Positions 38,749-47,401 of a stretch of DNA of 64,000 nucleotides are shown one piece after another. The stretch spans positions 13,069 to 77,068 of the forward strand of contig RFVF01000003.1 of NCBI GenBank assembly GCA_009922615.1, written 5' to 3'. Position 1 is the stretch's first letter. Every line of letters begins with the position of its first letter. The DNA is from Pseudomonadota bacterium. Its GTDB lineage: Bacteria; Verrucomicrobiota; Verrucomicrobiia; Limisphaerales; SXTU01. Position numbers and translations under genes: made by a program. The notes beneath the pieces were generated by a model. The model was not told where the DNA came from and made no database searches. It saw only the letters and a program-made list of their open reading frames with translations.

Positions 38749-39121
38749 GCGCCCCCTCCGCGCCCTGCGTCGGGGCGTCCGGTTTCACCCCGCGGTTGTG
38801 CTGGTGCACCGCACGAAGGTGCAGAACCATGGCCGCTTCCAGGAGCCCAGGGGAGTGCTGGCTTTCGGCCACGCAGGCCAACAGGGTCCCCACGGCCTTC
38901 AGCGTGGCGAGGCCCGGCGGCTGAGGGTCCGTCGGTGGGCTCGGGGCTGCGGCGCCCTGAGCCGGGCGGCGCGTCGCATGCAGCCGGGCAAAGGCATCGA
39001 GCAGCGATGCGACCACGGTCGGCCACTCAGGATACGGGAGGGTTTCGTTGGGTGCTGGCCCCACGGCGGGGGGTGATGCGTGGTTGTCGTCGACGTGGGA
39101 GTTAGATTTCGGCGGTGTCAT
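38741..39121 (-). CDS. hypothetical protein
   Basis: 126-aa ORF with an 8-nt overlap onto the downstream DUF3987-like gene. Confidence 0.5.
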   Translation of the reverse strand: MTPPKSNSHVDDNHASPPAVGPAPNETLPYPEWPTVVASLLDAFARLHATRRPAQGAAAPSPPTDPQPPGLATLKAVGTLLACVAESQHSPGLLEAAMVLHLRAVHQHNRGVKPDAPTQGAEGAHD

Positions 39122-39176
39122 TTGTAGGGTTGAAGCCCCCTGCCGCCCAGATAAACCGGGCGGCAGGAAGCATGGT

Positions 39177-40538
39177 TCAGGTGTTTGCCTTCAGAGCCTG
39201 GAGCGCCGGGACTGAGAACGGGTCCGCCGGCAATGCTGGTGGTGTCCACGCGGCTCGTTCCACTCCGGGCCATTCACTGATTCGTGACCACCAGCCGCCG
39301 AGCCAGACCCGATGTTCAGCATAGGCGATGGCGCTCAGGCGATTAAGTTCGGCCCGCTGCTCAAGCGTCAGCTTTACGCCGGGATGATGGCGTTTCCATG
39401 CGGCCTTTCGGATCTCGTGGAAGCAATTCTCCGATTTGAGATCGGCGTCGGGCCACAGGTGCAGCTTGCTCTCCAAGCCGAGTTCCTGGGCCAGCCGCTG
39501 CACCATCCGCAGCGAGTCCATCGCGTAGGCGCGCCAGTCGTTGCGGGTGGCAAAGACGGCCGTGTTGACGATCTGGCCTTCGGCCGCGGCGTGTCTGGCA
39601 ATCCGTTCGATGTTGTCAGCGCGAACATTGACCGGCTCGGCGTAGATGGTGAACGGGTTGAGCGCCTTGACGGCCGTCAGTGTGGCGCGGACGTCGGCCT
39701 CGTCGCACTCGGCATAGGTGGGCGCAACCGCCACAAAGATGTTAAGATCCTGATCCCGGGCCGCCTGCAACGTGGCCAGCCGCTGCGTCGGTGCCGGCGC
39801 ATTCGGCTCGTAGATGCGAGCGAGCTGATTGTTCAACGTCGGCAAGCTCATCCCGAACATCAGCCGGTTGCCGAACGACTTGAACAAGTCGAAGTCCTGC
39901 CGGGCGAGCGGACTGCGCGTCAGAATCCGCACGTTCAACGTCGAGTGATCCCGGATCAGCTCCAGGATTCGCCGCACCATGTGGGCGCGCTCCGCGTTCA
40001 GCCGCTTTTGCAGCGCCTTGTCCGGCGCGGTGATAGTCTGATAGGGATCCGTCGTGGTGCAGAGCATCACGGCCCGGTTGCCGTCCAAGCTCAATTCACT
40101 CAAGGGACGATTCTCCGCTGCCTGGATGTCCTTCATGACCCGTCCTTCGTCGAACGGGCGAAGGAGCACGTAGTCGCCCCACTGGGCACCGGGGTCCTCA
40201 ACGCCGTAGCGTTTCTTCAGCACGGGTTTGAGGAACTTCGTGGATACCGCCGGCACGTAGCAGAATTCGCAGCTGTGGCCGCAGCCAAGGGAGATGTTGC
40301 ACTTCCAGTCAGAAAGGCTCTTGAACTTGAAATGGTTGAGCTCAATCCGAACTGGCTTGTGCCAGAAGTCCACCATGGCGGCTGGAGCTGCTGGTGTAGC
40401 GGCGAGAGGCTTCATGGTGCCCAACGCGATCGACTTTTCGTGCGCCTGTCTCAACGCCGCCGTAACGAGGTTGTTGGCGGCGTGGATGTTGTTGGCCGAT
40501 TCGGCCGCGGGGTTTACAAGGGTCACTTGCATAGTCAT
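39177..40538 (-). CDS. radical SAM protein, SplB/COG1533 (DNA-repair-photolyase-like) type with N- and C-terminal extensions
   Basis: NISLGCGHSCEFCYVP contains CxxxCxxC in the GC-x-H-x-C-x-x-CY context typical of spore-photoproduct-lyase-like enzymes. Confidence 0.7.
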   Translation of the reverse strand: MTMQVTLVNPAAESANNIHAANNLVTAALRQAHEKSIALGTMKPLAATPAAPAAMVDFWHKPVRIELNHFKFKSLSDWKCNISLGCGHSCEFCYVPAVSTKFLKPVLKKRYGVEDPGAQWGDYVLLRPFDEGRVMKDIQAAENRPLSELSLDGNRAVMLCTTTDPYQTITAPDKALQKRLNAERAHMVRRILELIRDHSTLNVRILTRSPLARQDFDLFKSFGNRLMFGMSLPTLNNQLARIYEPNAPAPTQRLATLQAARDQDLNIFVAVAPTYAECDEADVRATLTAVKALNPFTIYAEPVNVRADNIERIARHAAAEGQIVNTAVFATRNDWRAYAMDSLRMVQRLAQELGLESKLHLWPDADLKSENCFHEIRKAAWKRHHPGVKLTLEQRAELNRLSAIAYAEHRVWLGGWWSRISEWPGVERAAWTPPALPADPFSVPALQALKANT

Positions 40539-40556
40539 GTTTGGGTAGAGAAGTGA

Positions 40557-41222
40557 TCAGGCAGCTGCCGACAGGGATTGTTCGCCCGTGCTGTCAGGCA
40601 CCGCGCGTGTGTGGAGAAACAAAGAGTCGGATCCGACGGCGGCTTCGACGGCGCTGAAGAGCGCCTCGAACTCTTCCGAGTCCCAGTAGTGCTCGATCAA
40701 GTCGAGGGCCAGCGAGCCAAGCCGGGTGGTGAGCTCGTGCAATTCGCAGAGGCTGACGGTGCCAGGTTGCTGATTGTGCCGGTCCATCAACCGGTCATGC
40801 TCGGCCTCAAGGAACGCCGCCTCGTCAGCCTGCTCCTCAACATATTCACGAACGTCGGGCTCGGCGGCGCAAGGCAGGCTGAGATCCACGGCGCGAAAGT
40901 GCGCGATGAGCGAGCCGCGCAAGATTCTCCAAAGTGCGCGAACGTGCTTGGGGTCAACGTGGCCGGAATTGAATCCCGCGCGGACAGCGAGGCAGACGCC
41001 CAGCTCTTTGTGTGCACTGTGGAGCAAGCTGATGGCGTGTGCGTAGGCATCCTTCAGCGTGGCGTCGGCCGACAGAGGCGGAGCGCCCTCAGGCTGCCGG
41101 GCGCTATGATACAAGTCGAGGTCAGATGCCCGACTCCAACCGGGAGGGTTGGCGATGTTGATGAAGCCCGGCGGCAAGGCCGCGAGCGCTGCGTTTTGAT
41201 CTGTCATACTGCTGGTTTGCAT
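40557..41222 (-). CDS. hypothetical protein
   Basis: ORF 40557..41417. The upstream part overlaps the polymerase gene, so ATG 41222 (MQTSSMTDQN) is the likely start. It is preceded by an A-rich leader. Confidence 0.5.
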   Translation of the reverse strand: MQTSSMTDQNAALAALPPGFINIANPPGWSRASDLDLYHSARQPEGAPPLSADATLKDAYAHAISLLHSAHKELGVCLAVRAGFNSGHVDPKHVRALWRILRGSLIAHFRAVDLSLPCAAEPDVREYVEEQADEAAFLEAEHDRLMDRHNQQPGTVSLCELHELTTRLGSLALDLIEHYWDSEEFEALFSAVEAAVGSDSLFLHTRAVPDSTGEQSLSAAA

Positions 41223-41367
41223 GTTTTTTTTCTGTTGTTTTACCGAACTTCCCTCCGCAGCCAGGCCGACAGGCCCGGTTGAACTGCGGAGAAATTGGTG
41301 ACCGGAAGGGTAGGCAGGCTGGAATCGGCGCATGCCAAAAGGAGCGCGTTGAGAGTGGTGATGGGAA

Positions 41368-43758
41368 TCATAGGGTGGGGAACTTTCCAGGTTTGTGGAG
41401 GAGCAGCAGTTCAGCACGGAAGCCGGGGAACCGATCGGTGATGACCTTGATGAACTGCAACACCGCAGGCGTCGTGGCGACGGAGTGTTCGATCAGTTTC
41501 GAAGCAGGGCGCTGGGCGTTCTCCACATCCTCGCGGCGACACGGATAGCCGGAGGCAGTGAGCCACTCCGCCAGTTCCGGGTAGTTCATGACGCGGGAAT
41601 CCAGCCCCCAACGGTTGCGCACAAAGGCGCGGAGGAACATGCGCAGCGCCACCTTGGAGGCACCCCTCGGCGCGGTGGTCCTCACAGCGCGGCCGGGCGG
41701 TGTGGCGCAGAAGGCGCGGAAGTCCGCGAGGTCCCCGACGGTCTTCAACACGCGCTGGCGGCGGAACACCTCCCAGTGAGCGCGGCACTCTAGGAACGCC
41801 TCGACGTTGGGCCAAGGCCGGGACTCGAAGGCAAGGTGAGGAATCTCGCGGATGTCCCGCATGCATTCGCCGACAGGTTCGCGCTTGAAGTCGTAGTCGA
41901 GGCTGGCGCGGCGCTCCACGGGCACGGCGACCAGGTCGCCGCCATGACGGTGCAGGTCCTGGAGCGAACGCAACTGCGAGTAGGTGACCTTGCTGTCAGC
42001 GTCGCGGCGGACGAACTGGTCGATCAGCCAATCATTATGCAGCGCCTTGTCCTTAATGGGCGGCTTGATGCCGGCCTTGGCTAAGACAATTGGCTCGCCG
42101 GCAAGGGGAACGAGAGTTGCCTGGCCCCGGGTGCGAATGCCCAAGGGTTGAGCGATCCGGTGCTTGATGTCGTAAATATTCGGGTCGCCAGTGAGGCGCT
42201 GGCGGGCGAGGGAGTAGGCTCGGCAGAGCTCACCCTGTGTGACGGCACCGATGTCGGCCTCCGTCGCGGTGCTGAGGAAACCGTCGGTCGTGGCGCTGCA
42301 CACCACGACGTGTGGTGGCAGCGCGTTGAGCATTTCACCCATAACACCCCGGATGAAGGAGGTGATCCACGCCGCGAAGAAAGGATTTGAGATGCGCCCG
42401 GGACGAAGCCACTGCAGCTGTCCAGTCCGGGAATCGAAGGCGCGTTTGGGGCGCGTGCCCTGCGCAAGGCGGCCGTAGGTGGAATTGGCCAGTTCCTTCC
42501 AAAGCGCGTTCTTGACGTCGCCCTTGGGGAACTGACTCCGGCGGCGGGTGCATTCCCGCACGAACAGCTCAAAGGGCCTGATGCTGTCGTCCACCGGCAG
42601 CACCACGCCGTGGAGGATTTCAAGGTGCGCCCCCAGCTTGCGGGCCAAGCAGATCTCCGGAGAGCAACAAAAGGAAGTGCCGGACAAAGGGAACAAAGGA
42701 CCGTGCTCGGTCGCAACCGGAAGGCAGGGGTAGCGCGTGCCGGGTGGAAAGCGGAAGCGGACGTGGGCAAAGCCCAGGGTGAGTGGGCCGTAGTCGTCGA
42801 GGTTCGTGGAGCTGCGCAGCCGCTCCCAGTCGGGCATGCCGATGAGAGACATGGCCACCGAGTAGGCACCGGCCAAGTCCACGTCGAGCCAGGTGCCCAT
42901 AGGACCTGCACCGAAGAGGAACTGCACGTTCAGTCCGCCGTGGAAACACTCGGTGGCCAAGGTCTCGAACAGGTGGCGTGACGCCTCCGGCCTGACTGAC
43001 TTGCGCGGCAGGAGCCGACCTTTCGCAGGATTCCACGCCCGCTCAACTAACTCCTCGATGCCGAGCACCTGCTGGCGAGAGACCCCCTTGCTCTCCCAGA
43101 GCCCGAGGAGGAAGGCCTCACCGAGACCAGACAACGTCACCGGCACTTCGGCCCTGCCGGTCAACCCCTCATTGAGCTGAAGGAGCTGCAGGGCGTGAGC
43201 GACGCAGATCGTCGGGTCTTGGCGAGCGTAACGATCGAATAGTTCGGGATCACGCTCCAGCGGCTCAGCCATGCGCTCAATCTGGCCGTCGGACAACTCA
43301 ACCCTGGGCTCACCAAGCAGGGCACCGAGTGAGTCCAAAGACTTGGAGCCGCCCGGCGTCAGCAGCAGCGTGTCCCGGAGCGTGACGGCGATGACATGGC
43401 GATGCTTGCTGGAGTCGTGGACCGGCACCTTGAGCGGATGCTGCAGGGTCACGTAGGTGTTCCTGATCGAGCTGAACTGGAGCTGGAGCTTGGGGAAGTC
43501 CGCCAGCATGGCGAGGTCCGACAAGGTCCAGTGCCCGACCAGAGTCAGGGCCTTGGGCCACCGCCGCAGATGTCCTGCCTTCCGCCCTGCCTCGATGATG
43601 TGACGAAGGAGAGAGGCTAGGGTGAGGCGCTTGCCGTCCTGACAGTAGATGACACCGGACCAGGAGGGCCCGCCTAGCAATTGGCCGTGGAACGAATAGC
43701 AGAGTGCCCGGTTAAGCGAGGCGTCCTGTTTGTCCCACTCGCAGTCGAAGCCCACCAC
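41368..43758 (-). CDS. family-B DNA polymerase of the primer-independent (piPolB) type
   Basis: ExoI VGFDCEW at residues 2-8. ExoIII YARQD. Motif A DVDLAGAYS. Motif B KELANSTYG (KxxxNSxYG). Motif C SATTDGF (TTD instead of DTD). Also KH..(8)..RTRG. 796 aa. Confidence 0.8.
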   Translation of the reverse strand: MVGFDCEWDKQDASLNRALCYSFHGQLLGGPSWSGVIYCQDGKRLTLASLLRHIIEAGRKAGHLRRWPKALTLVGHWTLSDLAMLADFPKLQLQFSSIRNTYVTLQHPLKVPVHDSSKHRHVIAVTLRDTLLLTPGGSKSLDSLGALLGEPRVELSDGQIERMAEPLERDPELFDRYARQDPTICVAHALQLLQLNEGLTGRAEVPVTLSGLGEAFLLGLWESKGVSRQQVLGIEELVERAWNPAKGRLLPRKSVRPEASRHLFETLATECFHGGLNVQFLFGAGPMGTWLDVDLAGAYSVAMSLIGMPDWERLRSSTNLDDYGPLTLGFAHVRFRFPPGTRYPCLPVATEHGPLFPLSGTSFCCSPEICLARKLGAHLEILHGVVLPVDDSIRPFELFVRECTRRRSQFPKGDVKNALWKELANSTYGRLAQGTRPKRAFDSRTGQLQWLRPGRISNPFFAAWITSFIRGVMGEMLNALPPHVVVCSATTDGFLSTATEADIGAVTQGELCRAYSLARQRLTGDPNIYDIKHRIAQPLGIRTRGQATLVPLAGEPIVLAKAGIKPPIKDKALHNDWLIDQFVRRDADSKVTYSQLRSLQDLHRHGGDLVAVPVERRASLDYDFKREPVGECMRDIREIPHLAFESRPWPNVEAFLECRAHWEVFRRQRVLKTVGDLADFRAFCATPPGRAVRTTAPRGASKVALRMFLRAFVRNRWGLDSRVMNYPELAEWLTASGYPCRREDVENAQRPASKLIEHSVATTPAVLQFIKVITDRFPGFRAELLLLHKPGKFPTL

Positions 43759-43808
43759 TATGATAGGTGCCCGGATAGATGTCCGGCGATGTCGCGGTGG
43801 AATTCAAG

Positions 43809-44042
43809 TCAGGCATTGTGTCCTCCGTCGTCATGAACTTCCGGCTCCTCGCCGCGTTTGAGGCGCTCGTAGGCGTCAATCGCGGACTGGTAGTCGTAGA
43901 GCGATTCGCGGCCTGGCTTCCCTTGGCGAACGGTCTTGATCCAGCCGGCCTTGATCAGCTGGCCAGCGAGCGTCTTCGAACCGAATAGCCGGTTCAGGTC
44001 GCGGCGGTTCACCATGAACGGTGTGGTAGTCGTGGGGCTCAT
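43809..44042 (-). CDS. small DNA-binding protein, excisionase/AlpA-like (putative)
   Basis: 77 aa, 4-nt overlap with the upstream xis-like gene. FMVNRRDLNRLFGSKTLAGQLIKAGWIKTV resembles a winged-helix excisionase fold. Confidence 0.45.
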   Translation of the reverse strand: MSPTTTTPFMVNRRDLNRLFGSKTLAGQLIKAGWIKTVRQGKPGRESLYDYQSAIDAYERLKRGEEPEVHDDGGHNA

Positions 44043-44332
44043 TCGCCGCCCTCCTGCTGACCTGCCTCAGCATCGGACCGAGGCGTTAGTGACCCGTCGA
44101 TGAGCGGGTTCGCCACCTGCGCGAGTTCACCTCGCTCGGCACGCTCGATGAAGCGCTGAAGCTCATGGTCGGTTATGTAAAGTCTGCCGGCAATCCGGAT
44201 GGGTTTGATCCAACCGCGCTGAACCCAGCGCCAGCCGGTGACACGGGATCGCCCCAACTCGTCCAAGAAATCCGAAAAAGATTTCACGCGCGGCTGTTGC
44301 GCCGGCCTTTGTTCGCTTTCATTTCGTTGCAC
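44039..44332 (-). CDS. excisionase-family HTH (HTH_17/MerR-like) protein
   Basis: FLDELGRSRVTGWRWVQRGWIKPIRIAGRLYITDHELQRFI matches the excisionase-type HTH pattern. Confidence 0.6.
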   Translation of the reverse strand: MQRNESEQRPAQQPRVKSFSDFLDELGRSRVTGWRWVQRGWIKPIRIAGRLYITDHELQRFIERAERGELAQVANPLIDGSLTPRSDAEAGQQEGGE

Positions 44333-44344
44333 GAGTGGGCCGAC

Positions 44345-44700
44345 GACGCCCCATTTGCGGTTCGTTACTCGGCTAATTTTACGTTTTGCGGCCGAAGTCC
44401 CTAATCGGTCGTTCCGCTTCTCGTGAACCCGGCAAACCCCTGCTCCACCTCATCGAGTCACAGGCAACAAAGGGAGATGGCATCCGCGATTTTGATGACG
44501 GCCCGCAGATTGGCTCCACTCTGCCGACGATGCCGCCGAAGAGTTTGGCGGCGTCGAGTTTCAGCAACGGGATGTTTAAGGCGTCAGCAGTGGCCTTGGC
44601 GGTGAGCGACTTGCCGGTGCTGAGGGTGCCGGCGATCCGCAGACTTTGCGGGAGCGGGCAGCCCCGGTCCTATTTGAGGAATCGGGGGGGGCAGTTTCGC
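44345..44700 (-). pseudogene. degraded AAA+ ATPase remnant
   Basis: Minus-strand translation across frames gives ...LRIAGTLSTGKSLTAKATADALNIPLLKLDAAKLFGGIVG / SGANLRAVIKIADAISLCCL*LDEVEQGFAGFTRSGTTD*... This is a Walker A, LFGGIVGESE-type box and Walker B with one frameshift and two in-frame stops, truncated by the xis-like gene. A G8 tract lies at 44684-44691. Confidence 0.65.
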
Positions 44701-44883
44701 AATCCGCGCCCTTGAAACTGACGCTCTCGATGTGGATGTCACCCATGAGTGACACGGTGATTTCGACGGTGGGTTTAATAGGGAGGCGAGGACGATTCGG
44801 CTCAACTGTGCGGAAGAGGCTCAGGGACCGGTTAGAATGAGGGTCAACTGGCAGCGCCTCACATCCGGTGGCGGGATCGCCGA

Positions 44884-45864
44884 CTATGCCAGACACCCGG
44901 GAACACGCAAAACCTCCCGCTCAATCATTTGTTCTGCCGGGTCTGCGGGCGTGCCTTCAGGCCGGGGCAGGTCCAAGTGCAAACGACCGGACCTCGGCAC
45001 GGTGATTTGCTGCGGAGATAAAGGCTCCAACACCCAGGGTGGAGCGAACGAGAAGCACCAGGCGTCGCGCATTCTGATCATCATGTCCAAGGCTGAATTC
45101 TTGAGCCTCATCCAATTGGAAGAATTTGGCCTGAGGGTTCCGGTGGCTTTCTGAACCTTGATCAAATCGCCGGCAAAATAGACCGAGAGTCTCAGGACAG
45201 ACAATTCGTTCATCCGGCTGTAGATAACCCCTGGATTCTCCCGCTTGCCAACGCCGCGACGATTGTGCGTCACGGCGGTCGGATCCCAGGGCGGATTACC
45301 CCGGAGTTCTGCTTTGACGTGCTGTCGGACCTTTTCCGCATGCAAGGTTTTTAGCTGCTCACGCCGCCGCGTCACAATTTGGGCCAGCCGCCGCAAAATC
45401 TGTTTGTCCGTGCGATGAAAGTTGATCCGGACGAACAGATCAGCGGCGTCACCCAGGTCCGCCGGATCATGATCGCAGTCACCCACGGCGGTGCGGTAAG
45501 TGTAAATGTCCAGATCAATCTCCTGCACGGTTTTCTGATCAAACAGTGACGTGTGCTCATTAATTCCCACCTTGCGCAGTCGCGCTCTGCGTTCGGTTTC
45601 GGGTATCGCAAGCCAAGGGTGCGCCGGAAATTCGGGGAAATGCTTGACGAGGAAGGTGGCGAACCGGGGCGGGTTTCGCCGCTCCACAGGCAACTCACCC
45701 TCTTGGCGAGGTGTGGGCTTCTTGTCCGATCGTAACTCCAGCACCCACTTCACCATGGGGCGATAAGAGCGGGCAAACTCGTAGTTGAGCCAGCCGTTCA
45801 GTTCCCAGTCGGCCAAGACCTTTTGCGCCCGGGTCGGCCATTTCCATTCGTTGTCATTTAGCAT
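44884..45864 (-). CDS. hypothetical protein (element-borne, lower GC)
   Basis: ORF 44884..45912 (TTG). The first in-frame ATG is at 45864 (MLNDNEWKW). No family recognised. Confidence 0.55.
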   Translation of the reverse strand: MLNDNEWKWPTRAQKVLADWELNGWLNYEFARSYRPMVKWVLELRSDKKPTPRQEGELPVERRNPPRFATFLVKHFPEFPAHPWLAIPETERRARLRKVGINEHTSLFDQKTVQEIDLDIYTYRTAVGDCDHDPADLGDAADLFVRINFHRTDKQILRRLAQIVTRRREQLKTLHAEKVRQHVKAELRGNPPWDPTAVTHNRRGVGKRENPGVIYSRMNELSVLRLSVYFAGDLIKVQKATGTLRPNSSNWMRLKNSALDMMIRMRDAWCFSFAPPWVLEPLSPQQITVPRSGRLHLDLPRPEGTPADPAEQMIEREVLRVPGCLA

Positions 45865-45898
45865 GATGGGGATCCCTCTGCGTGGGGTGCTTGGCTTT

Positions 45899-47137
45899 TC
45901 ATTTGAACTCAATCCGTTGCGCCTGCTTTTTGGTGTGTTCGTCGTTCAAATGACCATAAACTTTGCCGATTAACACCCCGCCATCCCTGTGGCCGACCCA
46001 TTTGGCGATGGTCATGAAGTCGACGCCCGACATGACGCACATGGAAATGAAAAAATGGCGGCAGTCGTGAAAGCCAAACGCTGGCAGACCAGCCGCGGCA
46101 CGGGCCAGTCGGAGTGACTCGCGGAAGGATTTGGCGCGCTCGTCCCGCGCGCCGCGTTGGGGCGAAGGGAAAAGCCACTCGGAGTCCGGGGCGCGACGTG
46201 ACTCCATATCACGGAGATGAGCCTTGAGCCGGGGATTGAAATCCACCACGCGGGTCTGGCCATTCTTGGTCAGCTTGTCCGTGCCAATCTGAAGCTGCTC
46301 CGTGGTCCAGTGCACGTCGCTCCATTTGAGCCGCAGGGTTTCACTCATGCGGGAACCGCACCGCGCCAGCAGGCGCACGAAGTCGGCGAATTGCTGCGCG
46401 TTTTTTAGGGGCACACCCGGTTCGCCGGACTTGGCCAGCTTCCCACCGGCAAAGACGGGACGAAAGCCGGCCGCGCAGATCGCCTCCACTTGGGCGTCGG
46501 TGAAGAGTGCGCGTTGGTGGGGTTTGCATTTGAGCGGCTTGTGGTCGCCGATCGTGACCGCTTTGAGCAGCCCTTCCTTCACGGCGCGGTGGAGCACATT
46601 GCGCAGGCAGATCACTTCCAGGTTCACGGTGCGCGGAGCCGCCCCGGCCGCCTGTCGCTGGGCGATGAACTGGTCAACCATCTTCGAAGTGAGGCGATGC
46701 AGACGCACGCCGCCCAGCTGTTTCAGCCAATGGCTCAGGTGGGCGCGTTCCGAATTCAACGTGCTCGGTCGTTTCTCGTGCATGGCCTGCTCGTAGTGGG
46801 CGAAATACTGCGGGACATACTCGCTCAATTTGGGCGTCTGGCCCAGGGTGGGCAGGCTCCGGTCCTCCCGCTGGATGAGCAACCGGCGCAGCGCGGCTTG
46901 GGCTTCGGCGTCCGTGCCGGCTTTCTCCAGCGGGACGCGGAGCACTTTGGCGATGCCCGTGCCGGGATTTTGAACGGCCACGCGGGCATAGTAGCGCCCG
47001 TTGCGCACCCAGAGTCCGCGCACGGGACGCTTGCGGGCGTCGTGCACCTTTTGATACGTTCCGCGACGAGATGGGCGCTTGCCTTCGATGTTGTCGGCCG
47101 GGGCGCCGGGATTTCCCGGCGTTGCATCACGTTGCAT
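45899..47137 (-). CDS. tyrosine-type site-specific integrase
   Basis: ORF 45899..47173, ATG at 47137. ARCGSRMSETLRLKW (Arg I), FGFHDCRHFF (H-x-x-R) and HRDGGVLIGKVYGHL (catalytic Tyr region). Confidence 0.9.
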   Translation of the reverse strand: MQRDATPGNPGAPADNIEGKRPSRRGTYQKVHDARKRPVRGLWVRNGRYYARVAVQNPGTGIAKVLRVPLEKAGTDAEAQAALRRLLIQREDRSLPTLGQTPKLSEYVPQYFAHYEQAMHEKRPSTLNSERAHLSHWLKQLGGVRLHRLTSKMVDQFIAQRQAAGAAPRTVNLEVICLRNVLHRAVKEGLLKAVTIGDHKPLKCKPHQRALFTDAQVEAICAAGFRPVFAGGKLAKSGEPGVPLKNAQQFADFVRLLARCGSRMSETLRLKWSDVHWTTEQLQIGTDKLTKNGQTRVVDFNPRLKAHLRDMESRRAPDSEWLFPSPQRGARDERAKSFRESLRLARAAAGLPAFGFHDCRHFFISMCVMSGVDFMTIAKWVGHRDGGVLIGKVYGHLNDEHTKKQAQRIEFK

Positions 47138-47217
47138 GGCGTTACAGTGGCACAAAAAGTGGCACAACGTCAAACGATGTGGCTGAATTCATGTGCAAGT
47201 TGTTCATAATCAACAGT

Positions 47218-47301
47218 GGGCACGTGGCGGAATGGCAGACGCGCTGGACTTAGGATCCAGTGGAGCAATCCGTGCAGGTTCAAGTCCTGTCGTGCCCACC
47301 A
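47218..47301 (+). tRNA. tRNA-Leu (anticodon UAG), class II with a long variable arm and encoded CCA
   Basis: Manual fold: acceptor GGGCACG/CGTGCCC, anticodon stem CTGGA/TCCAG with loop CTTAGGA, variable arm tGGAgcaaTCCgt, T-arm GCAGG-TTCAAGT-CCTGT, then A-CCA. Confidence 0.9.
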
Positions 47302-47401
47302 AATCACCGTCAGTTCACCGCATCGCCGCCTCCCGACACCTGCAGAACCCGGCCCAAAAAGATTCGCTCCGCAAGGCCCCGCTCACTACAACAGCGCCCC
47401 G

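Larger units (their letters stand above)
35814..47217. mobile_element. integrated pipolin-like (piPolB-encoding) element adjacent to tRNA-Leu; the left border is approximate
   Basis: Tyrosine integrase abutting the tRNA, two excisionase-type HTH genes, a family-B polymerase with piPolB motifs and replication-type cargo. All are co-oriented and lie between the EPS locus and housekeeping genes. Confidence 0.7.

Noticed and set aside
47174-47217. Promoter for tRNA-Leu (CATAAT at 47203-47208).
   Set aside because: The -10-like hexamer is plausible, but the -35 match is poor (CTGAAT). This is not enough to call a promoter.
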